DNA of 64,000 bases from Nitrospirota bacterium (GCA_963845245.1 CAWJRJ010000013.1:23234-87233); one strand, 5' to 3'. Numbered from the stretch's first letter, positions 41,794-53,406 are shown. Notes: generated from the sequence alone by a model not told the origin. Made by a program: numbers and translations.

Positions 41794-43321
41794 ATGGCGC
41801 GTCTGACTATAATAGAGGGAAACGGGGCTGGCGGCTCCCACACGGTTACTCCGCAAGGCCTGACCATAGGCAGGCTTGCCATAAACGAGGTCTGCCTGCC
41901 TGATGAGCAGGTCTCCCGCCAGCACGCCAGGGTCGAGTACTGGGGCGACTCCTGCTACATAACAGACCTGGGCAGCAGGAACGGCACAAAGGTGAACGGT
42001 GTGCAGGTATCGGAGACGGTCCTTGCGTCAGGCGATATGATAACTATCGGCAAGAACCGGCTCCGTTTCGAGGATGGGCCGCAGTCTACGGTGGAGCTTT
42101 GCGACAGCCCGCCGATAGTCCCCGGCGGCGGGACGATAGTAAAGGCATTCGACGAGGTTGCCGCCACAACGTCCGAACGCCACCTGCGGGTGTCTGTACG
42201 ACGCGGGGAAGGCGCTGCTTTCAAAATCCGACTTAAACGGCCTCTTAAACCTTCTAATGGACCTGGTTTTCAGAGAGCTGCCCGCAAAGCGCGGCTTCCT
42301 GCTCCTGCTGGACGACGAGGGCGCTTTAAGGCCGGCTGTCGTGAGGACAACTGAATCCGGCTATGACGGAAACGTTACAATAAGCAGGACTATTGCCGAG
42401 ACTGCCCTGAAGGAAAAAGTCGGCGTCCTTACCTCGGATGCGGCGACGGACCCCAGGTTCAGTTCGGGAGAATCGGTATTTCTCTACAGCATCCATTCGG
42501 CGCTCTGTGTCCCGCTACTAAACGAGGACGAGGTGATGGGCGTCCTCTACATAGATGCCAACAAGAATACATATTGTTTTACGGAAGAGGACCTGGACCT
42601 CCTGTCCGCGATGGCCAACCTTTCCGCTATCGGCATCCAGAAGGAACGTCTTTCGCAGAAGGCCAGGCAGGAGGAGGAGCTTCGGGGCAGGCTGGCCCGC
42701 TACCACTCCCCGGACGTCATAGAACATATCATGCGCGAGGGCCTCGCTGGTGAGTCGGGCACCCTCGCGGTCTCCGAGAAGGAGGTCACCGTCCTTTTCT
42801 CGGACATCAAGGGCTTCACGAGCATATCGGAGCGGCTTGCCCCGCCTCAGGTGGCGGAGTTTCTAAACGAATATTTCACGAAGATGACGGATATCGTGTT
42901 CGAGTACGGCGGGACGCTCGACAAGTACATAGGCGACGCGATAATGGCCCTCTTCGGTGCGCCTTTCACAAAGCCGGATGACGCGGAGCGTGCGGTGCGT
43001 GCGGCAATCAAGATGCAGACGTGAACTGGCAAGCCTGATGGAGCAAGCAGCGCGAAGGAGAAGTTCACGTAAGGATAGGGATAAACACCGGGATGGTCGT
43101 CGCGGGCAACATCGGTTCGCCCCGGCGGGTGGACTATACCGTCCTTGGCGACGCGGTGAACGTGGCGCAGAGGCTTGAATCCATCGCCCAGCCCGGCCAG
43201 ATACTCATCGGCGGCCCGACCTATCGAGAAGGTGAAGGACAAGTTCCGGCTGAACGAGATCGGCAGGCAGAAGGTCAAGGGCAAGGACAAGGAGGTGGCG
43301 GTATACGAGGTGCTGGGGTGA
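41794..43321 (+). CDS. FHA-GAF-class III adenylate cyclase; about three apparent frameshifts
   Basis: FHA ([16 protein letters not shown]), GAF (SALCVPL..GVLYID), cyclase ([36 protein letters not shown]). Confidence 0.9.
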
Positions 43322-43326
43322 GGCGT

Positions 43327-43452
43327 TTACTTAAAAAAACTCAGGATAAATGGCACGAAGATAAGGGCCAGCATGGCAATGAAGGCCAGTATAAAAATAA
43401 TCGGCGTCCCGGCGAGCGCTATCAGCTTTTCCTTGAACTTTTCCCACGACAT
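43327..43452 (-). CDS. 41-aa single-TM membrane peptide
   Basis: Hand translation [44 protein letters not shown] overlaps the upstream stop (TGATG). Confidence 0.6.
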   Translation of the reverse strand: MSWEKFKEKLIALAGTPIIFILAFIAMLALIFVPFILSFFK

Positions 43453-45441
43453 CACAGCCACCACTTTTCCATGGTAAGCCCCTTGTTGTATAAATCCTTG
43501 AGCCGCTCCTTTGCAAGCGGCGCGACCATCGGCCCTTCCGCATCGTTGAGCGTCGCGGCCGGATATAGAAGCATCGCCTTCCTGTAGGAGTCTGCCGCGT
43601 CAGTCCACTGTCCGAGCTTCTCGTATGCGCCCCCCAGCCTGTAAAGCGCCGTCCCGGCACAGACGCCTGTCTTGTTGCTGGTCTGGGCCTCGCCGTACGC
43701 CTTGACAGCCTTTGCGTATTCTCCGAAATGCATCAGCACGTTACCAAGGTTCAGCGCGGCGATACCCCTCGCATTCTTTCCGGCTTCGTCCGCCGGGCTG
43801 ACCGCCATGCGGTCGGTGAACTCCAACTGGGCCAGGTTGTAAAGGTAACCGTCACGGTCTATGGGCGCTTCCTCGGGCGAGTTCACGGCCTCGACGTCTT
43901 TCTTTTCATTCGCGCCCCGGCAGTTCAGCCCCAGCCGCAGCTTCGCGCCGGGTTTCAGCATGTTGGTCAGGTCGGACTTTTTCACGACGGGTTTGTCGTC
44001 CACCCAGTTTATTATGCAGCCCGGCACGATACCCGCCGCCGCGGCCGGATATCCGGGCAGGACGCGCGTCACCTCGACCCCTCCAGCCGCGCGGTCGACC
44101 GCCACCAGCCCGATCGACGGGGAGATCGGGTTTTCCTGGGCCAGCCATTTCTCAAGGTAGGCGTTGAACAGCGCGCCGACTCCCCTGAAATCTTCCATTT
44201 CAAACTGCTCGTTGTCGCCCAGGCTGTTGGTGGAGGTCAGAAGTCCGGCCTTCAGCCGTGCCTTGTCCTCGGAAACCTCAAGGTGCACGACAAGGGCGAT
44301 CTCAGCGCTCTGCTGCTCCAGGATGCTTGAGAGCACGGCCGAGTCCTCGAGGTTCATGCAGGCCTTCTGCTTCCTTACGAAATCAAGCGAGGCCGGGTCG
44401 AGGCCCTTGCTGGTCAGGTCGGTGCAGAGCTTTTCGATGTCGACGGGCACCACCAGAAAACCCTTGAGCTTTGAGGCGATGTTCCTGGACAGTTCAGACA
44501 CCTGGTCCTTTATGTCCTCCTTGCCGTCCGAGCCGGACGCCACGGTCACCAGCAGCAGGCGCCTCTTGAGGACGGTATTCAGCGTCTTTGACTCCGCGAC
44601 CGCGAACTGCTCTTTTATCTCCTGGCCTTCGAAGTAATCGCGCCGCAGCGTTATTGTATGCTCGCCGGAGTTTATCTTCTTTATCGTAAGCGGAGATGCC
44701 CCGGCCTCCTTGCCGTCGAACAGTACGGTTGTGCCGGGCGGGTTGGTGGTTACAACCAGCTCGCCGCGCGCCTCGACCATCTTGTCTTCCACCGTAAGCG
44801 TGACGCCCTTCTTTATCTGTATTACACCGGTCGAGGGCTCATAGCCCGGCTTTTTTCAGCGTAAGGGTGTGTTCGCCTTCCGGCAGGTGTTCCTTTTTGA
44901 CAGGCGCCTCGCCAAGGAGTGCGCCGTCAAGGTAGACCTCGGCGCCGGACGGGTCGCAGTTGCATATCAGTATGCCTTCCCGGACAACCTCGTCTTTTGC
45001 CTTCTCGAAGGACTCGTATATCTTGGGGGAGACCATGTTCTGGTCGAGTTCCAGAGAGTGGTCGAGCTTGAGCGCCTCGAGGAACTCAGAGTACATGCTG
45101 TCCGTTTTTCCGAACGCGGAATAGATGAAGGCAAGCCTCTCATGGACCCTGGCCTGCTCCTTGGGGTCGCTCAGGAGCGGCAGTGCCTTTTTATAGTTGT
45201 CCAGCGCACGGTCGTAGTCGCCCCCGGAGTAGGCCTCTTCCGCGGCGGCAGTGTAATCTGCCCCGGTGAGCGCCTTTTCCTTCGGCTCCTCTGGCACGTC
45301 ATGAAGGGCCGGTGTGACGGAGTAGCTGCCGAGCGGCTCCGGAGTCTGCGTACCGGCAACCGGGATTACGGCCTCCTGCGCCGAAGCGGCGGAGACGAAC
45401 GCTGCAAATAAAACGGAAAATAGAAGGTATCTGTACATCAT
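43452..45441 (-). CDS. Secreted TPR-PEGA-PEGA-PDZ-TPR protein; apparent frameshift near 44830
   Basis: Signal peptide; [15 protein letters not shown] and [19 protein letters not shown] units; [18 protein letters not shown]; terminal TPRs. Confidence 0.8.
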
Positions 45442-45460
45442 CCCGGGCCTTCCGGATTCA

Positions 45461-47020
45461 TTATTTTAAGACGGTTATCCTGTTGTACCCCTGGTCGGCG
45501 ACAAAGACTACGCCCGAAGCGGAGACCGATATCCCGGCAGGGGTATCGAATAGTTTCTTTCCGTAACCAGCCTCCATTATCGGAGTGAGGTCGCGGTCAA
45601 GCACCATTACCGACTGCCTGCCCCTGTTTGAAACGTAGACGGTGCCGACCGGGTCAATGCATATACCTGCGGGTTCGTCGAGGATGAATTTATTCTCCGG
45701 GTGGTTTGAGTATGAGAGCAGGAGTTTCCCGTCACCGTCGAACTTCATTACCCTGTCCGCGGAGTCGTCCGTTACGAGGATGTTGCCCTGCAGGTCTACT
45801 GCAACGCCGTACGGGGCCTTCAGAAGGTTTTCCGCAGGGCCGGTGTTCCCGATGGACTTTACGAAGCGGCCGGAGGAGTCGAACTTGTCAACGCGTTTGT
45901 TGCCGCGGTCGGCTACGTATATGTTGCCGCTCTCATCGAGGGCTATGCCGGCCGGCGCTTCCAGCTCTCCTGGCCCCGCGCCTCTCTTGCCGATGACCAG
46001 CAACGGCTTCCCGTCCTTCTGGAACACCTGCACCCTGTGCAGGTACTGGTCGGTAATGTAAATCCGCCCCTTGGGCCCAAGGGCAATGCCTGCGGGCTTT
46101 TGCGGCAGTAACCCTTTCTCCACGGAGGGCAGCACTATGTTGGCAGAATCGGGACTCAACGAGTTCCCGTCGAACTTGAGCCTCTGTATCCGCGAGTTGC
46201 CGCTGTCGGAGACGTAGAGCAAACCCTCCGGGTCGATGGCCGCATCGGAAGGTTTTATGAAACTCCCGGCCGCATTTCCCTTGACCCCTGCGGAAGAGAC
46301 CGCCTGAAGCTCTTTTCTGTCGCGCACCCGTATCACCAGTCTCTATAGAGTCCTGCGCCCTTTTTGAGAACAGGCCGGACGGGTGTTTGTCCTTAACCGC
46401 CTGAAAGGCATCCAATGCCTCGCCGGTTTTGCCTTCGAGGAGGTATGCAAGGCCTGACTGATAGAGCGCGGGCGGGACGAGCGGGGAGGACGGGTCCTTT
46501 TCCAGCGAGCGCGCGGAACTCCTCCTCGGCCTTGGGGTAGTTGCCTAGCTTCAAGCTGGCAGAGTGCGGCATAATATTTTGAGTCGTCGACAAGGTGGCT
46601 GTCAGGGTAGAAGAAGGGGATCTTGAGATACTCGGCCATCGCCTTCTGGTAGTCGTGCGCGGGGTTTTCCGGGTTGTACCAGTAGCCTGCAATCTCGTAC
46701 TGGGCCTGCGGGGCCTTGTCACCGCCCGGGAACTGGGCGAGTATCGCCTTGAACTGCTCGACGCCGTCCTCGTACTGCCCGTTCGTCATGTAATATTTTC
46801 CGAGCCAGTACATTGCATCGTCGGTGAACGTCCCCTTCGGGAACTCCTTTATATACTCCTTGAACTCCTTGAGCGCCGAGTCGTACGCGCCCTGGTTGTA
46901 GAGGCTGAGGGCGTAGTCGAACCGCGTCTTTTCGGTCGGCGCGTCTTCGGCGCTGCATATCCCGACGGCAAAGAGCAGCAGCATAAACAGGGTAACAAGA
47001 ATCCTGCCCGGGGAACTCAT
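45461..47020 (-). CDS. Secreted TPR (CpoB/BamD-like) + NHL beta-propeller protein; two apparent frameshifts
   Basis: FP.G...DDA.YWLG, FPGGDKAPQAQY units; NHL repeats P.GIA.D..GNIYVAD.GN.RV. Confidence 0.8.
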
Positions 47021-48900
47021 CGTATTATCTCCTTTACCGGCGGGTCGTTCTTCCAGTCTATCAGGATGCTGGTGGTTTTGTTGGGCTCGATCCTGAGCTT
47101 CATCTGCTTATTTATATTCTGCTTCGGGTTTTGGACCATCATGCTGTGCTCGCCTGCGGCAAGCTTTATGCCCGCAAGAGGCGTAGTGCCTTTATTGTCG
47201 CCGTCGACAAACACGAAAAGCCAGGGCTTTGCATCGATGGTAAAGTTGCCGAACTGCTGGGTAAGCGATGCACGCACACTCGACGTCCTGCCTGTCTGTG
47301 GGGTAACCACCTCGTCGTAGCTGCCGTAACCGTTAAGCGCGACGCGCACCTTGTAAGGCTTGCCCGGGCTCAGGTTGTCTATGGTGGCGGGAGTAGACCT
47401 GCCGGTGTCATCCCCGTCGATGAATATCTTTGCGCCTGCCGGGCTTGAGTTTATTGAAACGCTCGCCTTTGCAGGGGGCGCAGGTCTGGCAGCCGCAGGC
47501 TGCGCCTTTACGGGCTGTAGGCTTTTCCGGGGCTGGGGCAGGCTTGTTTTCCGCAGGCGCCGCGCACGGCAGGTGTAGCAGCGGCCTGTGCAACAGGGGG
47601 TGCAACGGAGCGCAGGTGCTGCAGGTTCCGGCGGTGTAACAGGCGCCGCCGCCTGTGCCTGGGGTGGAGGTGCTGCGGCATGGCTGGTTTCCCTGTTATT
47701 GAGCCAGAATGCGCCTCCCGAAACAACGACCGCGAGCAGGGCCGCGACCTTCAGCCATGCGGGCGTGCCTCGCTTCAGTTCCCGTGAAGCAGGTTGAGGA
47801 GGTTTTGGGGCGTGCTGGGGGCTTGGCTTCCGCAGGGTGGTTTTTCTGGAGCGGCCTCAGGTTTGTGCGCAGGCTTGGTGTGCACCGCCAGCGTGGATGA
47901 GGCTATCGTATCCTGTTCGAGGACAGCTGAGACGATTGTGTGGTCCCACTCCTCCTCTTCGCGAAGTTCCTCCTCTATGTCGTCCCGGAACAGCTCGGAC
48001 ATGTACTGGCTCAGGTAGTTGCCGCCGGAGTAGCCTGACTTGCGCATGAAAGACTGGAGCGCCTCGTCCATCTCCGAGGCGGTCTGGTAGCGGTCCGCTG
48101 GTTCCAGGGCAAGGGACTTCAGCAGTATCGCCTCGAGTTCCTTGGGCACCGATTTGTTCAGCTCGGTCGGGAGCGGCTCCACCTTCGCCTCGCGCACCTT
48201 CTCCAGGCTGTTCAGGTCGGTGTCTCCCTGGAACAGCTTCTTGCCGGTAAGCATCTCGTACAGCACGATGCCGGTGGAGAATATGTCGGAGCGCATGTCC
48301 AGCGGCTTGCCGCGCGCCTGCTCCGGGGACATGTATGATATCTTGCCCTTCAGCAGGCCGACCTTGGTCTCCTGGCTCTGGGTGGCGGCCTTGGCGATGC
48401 CGAAGTCGACTATCTTTACCTCGCCCTCATAGGATATCAGCACGTTCTGTGGGCTGATATCCCTGTGGACGATCTTTAGGTCCTGGCCCCTGTCCTTCTT
48501 TCTGTGCGCGTATGACAGCCCGGCAAGCAAGCGAGGATGTTATGTAGCAGGCGTGCTCGACGCTCAGGCGTTTGCGCGTCTTCAGCCCGCGCGAGATGAC
48601 GTTCTTGAGGTCCTTGCCGCGCACGTACTCCATGACTATGCAGTAGGAGTCTTCGATCTTTCCGAGGTCGTATATCTGGACGATGTTCTGGTGGTTCAGG
48701 AGCGCGGCGACCTTCGCCTCGTCTATGAACATCGTTATGAAGTCTTCTTTGGTGGAGAGGTTCGGCAGGATGAGCTTTATTGCAAGGAGTTTCTCGAAGC
48801 CCTCTTCGCCGCTTTTCTTGGCCTTGTACAGCTCGGCCATACCGCCGGTGGCGATCTTCTTTAAGAGGAAATAGTTACCGAAACGCTGGACGTTGGGCAT
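47017..48900 (-). CDS. Membrane Ser/Thr protein kinase with extracellular PEGA domains; several apparent frameshifts
   Basis: ATGGMAELY, AIK, HRDISPQN, DFGIAK, YMSPEQ, SDIFS; TM helix, Pro/Ala linker, PEGA repeats. Confidence 0.9.
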
Positions 48901-49142
48901 TTGTTTCTCCGGGCATTTTAGCTCAAACTTACTGTATCAGAACGGGATTTTGGCGTCAACAGGTAATTCGGAAAAAGTCTGGAATAGCATTAATTTAAGC
49001 CCGCAATCGCATTAAAATTCTTTTAGAATTTCGGGCATGGCAGGCGGAATTAAACGGTTGACTAAAGGAATAAATAAGATATAGTGATTACGCTATGCAT
49101 TTCAAAAGCGAGAAGAGTGGAAAGTAAACAAAAAGGGTTAAT

Positions 49143-49830
49143 GTGGACTCGTCAAAATCAAAATTCGAACTTATACGAGTATCAGGTCTCCCCGTCTCAG
49201 ACGAAGAGCTTCTTGCTGACCTTCGTTTTGTCGCCAACAAACTTGCAAGGAACACTGTTCCTCAGAAAACTTACGGCAACCTTGGCAAATATGATTACAG
49301 CACCGTTACTCGCCGTTTCGGGTCATGGAATGGGGCATTACTCGCAGCGGGCTTGAGTTTATCAAACGAAGTTCAGATTTCTGATGAGAGGTTATTCGAA
49401 AACCTGCTGGTTCTTTGGCAGCATTTCGGTCGTCAGCCGCGCCGCAGTGAACTTGCACATCCTCCTTCAACCATCTCCCAGAGTCCTTATCATCGCCGCT
49501 TCGGGTCATGGAGTGCCGCGCTTGAGAATTTTGTCGCTTATGCAAATTCGTCCGAAGTCGAGCGAGGTGGCCGTTTCTTCATATGTCCCACAAGCACTGC
49601 CAAGAACCGGCAGAGACCCTTCGCTTCGTTTGCGCATTAAAGTGTTGTTTCGTGATCGATTCACTTGTCAATACTGTGGAGCCAGCCCTGCAATAACTGC
49701 CGGGGTTGAACTACACGTTGATCATATTGTGCCTTGGAGCAAAGGGGGCGAAACGACTCTGGAAAACCTTCAAACGCTATGTTCCAAATGCAACCTCGGG
49801 AAAAGTAATCTTCAGCTACCCGAAGCCTAA
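49143..49830 (+). CDS. HNH endonuclease with two N-terminal HNH-associated repeats; apparent frameshift near 49565
   Basis: Two RRFGSW..AL repeats; RDRFTCQYCG...LHVDHIVPWSKGG.T..ENLQTLC..CN.GK. Confidence 0.85.
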
Positions 49831-49868
49831 TATTGTTTACACCCGTAATTTTACAAACACATCCGACA

Positions 49869-50390
49869 ATGAATATGAAAACGGAAAAACAAAACATAGA
49901 ACGTTATACTGCCATAGGCTTCTTAGAGCATTATAATCAGCTATTTCTATCAGACTTTAATATTGTTGAGGTTACGGATGCACCAGATATTAGGTGCAAA
50001 GATTCTAAGGGGAATGAGTTGAATATCGAAATTACCATCACCGAGGATTCAAATGGTGACATGAAAAGCGTGTTTGGGAGGTCAGATAATAAAAGTATTG
50101 AACAATTGAAAGAGCACCTTCAAAGAGTTAAAGAAGGAAAAGAAAGGATTAAAATAAACTGTCTAAGCTCTAGTATCAGGGGGAGTTTAATCCGCCGAAT
50201 AGAGGCAAAACTTTTTAAAGATTATGGCCGTAATGTTGCGTTAGTTGTCAGGGATTCTTCGGGAGTTGATTGGGACTGGGATTTTGAAATTCCAAACATA
50301 GCTGTCGCCTTAAAAGGAAAACGAAATCCTTACGACAAAGGTATATGGTTGTTGAACAGAACTAAAACCAGAATTTTCAGAATAGTATGA
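49869..50390 (+). CDS. Hypothetical protein with PD-(D/E)XK-like motif
   Basis: E.....F, APDIRC...LNIEIT; very AT-rich ORF; nuclease call from motif pattern only. Confidence 0.55.
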   Translation: MNMKTEKQNIERYTAIGFLEHYNQLFLSDFNIVEVTDAPDIRCKDSKGNELNIEITITEDSNGDMKSVFGRSDNKSIEQLKEHLQRVKEGKERIKINCLSSSIRGSLIRRIEAKLFKDYGRNVALVVRDSSGVDWDWDFEIPNIAVALKGKRNPYDKGIWLLNRTKTRIFRIV

Positions 50391-50463
50391 TTATAAACGC
50401 CCTTCTTAGCCATATTAAAAGCCATACTTTTGTATTGCAATTTTCCCTTATTATGGTATCCTT

Positions 50464-50751
50464 ATGAAGAAGACAGGCTTTGAATGGGACGAGGATAAGG
50501 ACAAGGCGAACCAGGCCAAGCACGACGTCTCTTTTTCGGTGGCTCAATATGCTTTTCTCGACCCTCAACGTATCATAGCCGAAGATGCAAGCCATAGTGT
50601 CGAAGAAGAACGGTTCTACTGCATCGGTCGAGTGGGTGAAGGCATAATGACCGTGAGGTTCACGTTCAGAGGCGACGTAATCCGTATCTACGGGGCAGGG
50701 TATTGGAGAAGAGGGAAAAAGGTCTATGAAGAAGAAAATAAAATATACTGA
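50464..50751 (+). CDS. brnT: BrnT family toxin
   Basis: FEWDEDK...N.AKH.VSF..A...F.DP, HS..EER..CIG, VRFT.RG..IRI.GA. Confidence 0.9.
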   Translation: MKKTGFEWDEDKDKANQAKHDVSFSVAQYAFLDPQRIIAEDASHSVEEERFYCIGRVGEGIMTVRFTFRGDVIRIYGAGYWRRGKKVYEEENKIY

Positions 50752-50852
50752 CGAACCGATGGGTGAAGCTGAAGGTCGTTAAAGACTTTCTGCCTCCGCC
50801 TGACCAGTTGGTCTTGAAGGACGAAAACAGCGAAGATACTAAAGAGGGGTAG
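50726..50852 (+). pseudogene. Truncated BrnA/CopG-type antitoxin
   Basis: MKKKIKYTDEPMG, then (after an indel) KLKVVKDFLPPPDQLVLKDEN, ending before any DNA-binding domain. Confidence 0.7.
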
Positions 50853-51638
50853 CCGCCAGCGCAGGCCTTGCGGCCAGGAACCCGTGCGATGCCGGAGTTC
50901 TCTTTCAGTTTGTCGCAGATTATGCGGGTGAGAGGTAGCAGGTTTACGGTGTCCTCGCGGTTGTACTTCACAAGTGTATCGAGCGCGCCTGCCATGTTGT
51001 TCTGGTGCGCGCGCCACAACAGCACCGCCTCGTAGCCGCCCATCCCCTCTATCCCGTCCTCACGCCTGATCCCGATCTCCTTCTCCACCTTCTTGAGCCC
51101 GCCCTTCAGCCCGACCTTGTGCCCTGTCGGGCAGAGGTCGATGTGGGGCAGGTCGATGGCAAGCTCGGGGTAGTATGCCTTCAGGTAGGGGATGTCGAAG
51201 GTGTTGCCTGAGAACGTGACGAGCAACCGCGCGTCGTCGAACTCCTGCTGGAGTGAGTCGCAGTCCAGGTTCTGGCCGTTGATGTATGCGCGGTACTCGC
51301 CGTGCGAGTAGAACCCGACCACCGTCAGCTCGCCCTCGGCCACCTTCCTGCCGTCCGTCTCGATGTCCAGAAAGAGCGCATCTTCCGAAAGCGTCTCCCA
51401 CAGCCGCCACATGCCGGACGTGCCCAGACAGCCTGCTGAAGTAATGGTAGTTGCGTGATTCCCACTGCGAGAGTGCGTCGGCGACGTATATGTCGAGGAT
51501 AGGTTTTCGGGAAGGGGAGAAGCCGGGTATGTGTTCCCTGCTGAGGAAATCATCCCATGTCAGGACGCCCAGCCGCCAGAGGTAGTGCTCAAGGCGTGGG
51601 CCGATGCCGGGGAAGATGGAAAAGGTGTTCGTTATCAT
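50839..51638 (-). CDS. YprB-like RNase H-fold 3'-5' exonuclease; two apparent frameshifts
   Basis: PGIGP..E..LW HhH; FLDIET, VTF.G..FDIPYL, HIDL, GGLKKVE, YNREDT. Confidence 0.85.
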
Positions 51639-51655
51639 GCGGAAAACTACTTTAT

Positions 51656-52057
51656 TCAATTCCCTGTCGTGTCCTCTTTCAGGCCTGAAAGCCCGGCAAA
51701 AAGGTTTACCATAAGTATTACCGTGAAGCCCGCCAGGAGCGCAAACAGGTTAACGAGGTTGAACTTCACGAGTATAAAAAGGATTACAAATACGAGTACG
51801 AGTTTTATCATGTGCATAACAACCGAAATCGATTTTGCCGCCCTGCCGGGGGCCTGTCCCGCCGCTGCCGCGCCTGCAAGCGCCTCGACGAGCCTTACGA
51901 TAGACCAGATATTGAATATCCCCAGAATCGCCCCGGCGATGATACCGTAGGCGACGACCGGCGGGAATTTTATGAGGCTCAAGGCGGCGGCCGCCGCCGA
52001 GATTGCGCCACCCCAGATTGCTACCGACTTGAAATGTTTGCTGTTTGCGAGGAACAT
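51656..52057 (-). CDS. atpI: ATP synthase protein I (AtpI/UncI)
   Basis: Four TM helices, G..AG..LG..N, KL, N...LLAGF.V; follows atpZ-like gene. Confidence 0.75.
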   Translation of the reverse strand: MFLANSKHFKSVAIWGGAISAAAAALSLIKFPPVVAYGIIAGAILGIFNIWSIVRLVEALAGAAAAGQAPGRAAKSISVVMHMIKLVLVFVILFILVKFNLVNLFALLAGFTVILMVNLFAGLSGLKEDTTGN

Positions 52058-52338
52058 CAGGACCCGTCCCTTCTGTCGTCTTTGTTTTTGCCGGTATCGC
52101 CCTTCTCGCGCACTATCAGGAATATGTTCCTGAAACCGGCTATTATCCCGAATACAAGGAAGAGCAAGGGTGAATATCGGCTGTGATTCCCAGTGGAAGA
52201 ACCTCGGGAAGAACTTGTTGTCCAGCAGCCAGCCCATCCCAGCCCTATGAAGGTGGCCGCCACCATGTTTATGCCCACGGTGGCCAGGGTGTAGATTCCG
52301 CGCCAGAACTCTTTGTCTTTTTCGTCAATCTTTTTCAT
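52057..52338 (-). CDS. AtpZ/AtpI family (ATPase gene 1) protein; apparent indels
   Basis: VGINMVAATFIGL..G..LD..F....P.FTL.FLVFGIIAGFRN when frames are joined. Confidence 0.8.
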   Translation of the reverse strand: MKKIDEKDKEFWRGIYTLATVGINMVAATFIGLGWAGCWTTSSSRGSSTGNHSRYSPLLFLVFGIIAGFRNIFLIVREKGDTGKNKDDRRDGS

Positions 52339-52427
52339 GGCACAAAATCAAAGTCCCGCCCCACCATGCTTCGGTGGAGCGGGACCTCCTTGTTCAGTTT
52401 AAGTCTGCTGCCCTTCCTGACAATTCA

Positions 52428-53406
52428 TTATTTCAGGAAGTTCGCCGGGTTACCCGGGGCGTGGCAGGCGGTGCACTTGGCCGACTTGGTTATGGCCGCG
52501 TTCACCTTCCAGCCGTGCGGCTTGTGGCAGTCCATGCACTTGAACCCGTTATCAAGGTGCATCTGATGCTTGCCCTTTTTCTTTACGTCAGGGTGGCAGA
52601 CCAGGCAGTCGGCCTCGCCTGTCAGCTTTATCTTGCCGTGCGGGTTGTGGCACTTGCTGCACTCGAACTTCATCGCGCCGTCCTCGGGGAAGACGGACAT
52701 CTTGGAGGCCTTCGCGACCTGGTCCGTCTCGGGCGGGCACTGTTTCAGGGTCGGCTGGCAGGGCTCCTTGGCGATCTCGGCGCGCTGCGCTGCGCTTCCG
52801 TGGCAGGAGAGACATGCGGCCCTGTTCGGCTTGAAGTCCTGAGTCCTGTCGCTGTGGCAGTTCATGCAGGCAAATCCGGCCATGCCGTGAATCTCCGCCT
52901 TGTCCTTGTGGCAGTTAAGGCAGAACTTGTGGTCCGGCGTGAACTTGTGCAGGTCGTAGCCGTGGCACTTGGTGCACTCCATGCCGGGGTTCTTGAAGAA
53001 ATGCTTCTGGTGGAACGGAGAATCAGATATCTTGACCGCGTTCGGGAACTTCTCGTTCACCTTGACGTGGCAGCCCGCACAGAACTTCCAGGGCACTATG
53101 ACCTCGCCGTGCCTCTTGGGGACCTCTTTCGGGTTGTGCAGCACGAGGTTGACCAGCAGCATGTTCTGCTCGATGAGAGTCAGGTGGTGGCACTCGTGGC
53201 AGTTGACGCCCTTGTGCTCGGATATCGACCACTTGTCGAAGGCGTCCTTCATAAGATGGCAGGTCATGCAGAAATTGGGGTTGTTCTCCTTGTAGTCCCA
53301 CAGCTTGTATGCGGCTACCGAGCCCCCGACGATGATAACGACCAGATACAACGGCCAGTATTCCCTTGGCCTTGGGGCTCAGCCCCTCCTGAAATGCCTT
53401 AAACAT
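52428..53406 (-). CDS. Membrane-anchored 11-heme cytochrome c (NapC/NirT-like N-terminus); apparent frameshift near 53355
   Basis: N-terminal TM; CMTCH, CHECH, CAGCH, CTKCH, CLNCH, CMNCH, CLSCH, CSKCH, CLVCH, CMDCH, CTACH. Confidence 0.9.

Noticed and set aside
43018..43030. In-frame TGA in the cyclase as selenocysteine or readthrough
   Set aside because: The downstream coding sequence is in another frame; a single-base insertion explains it.
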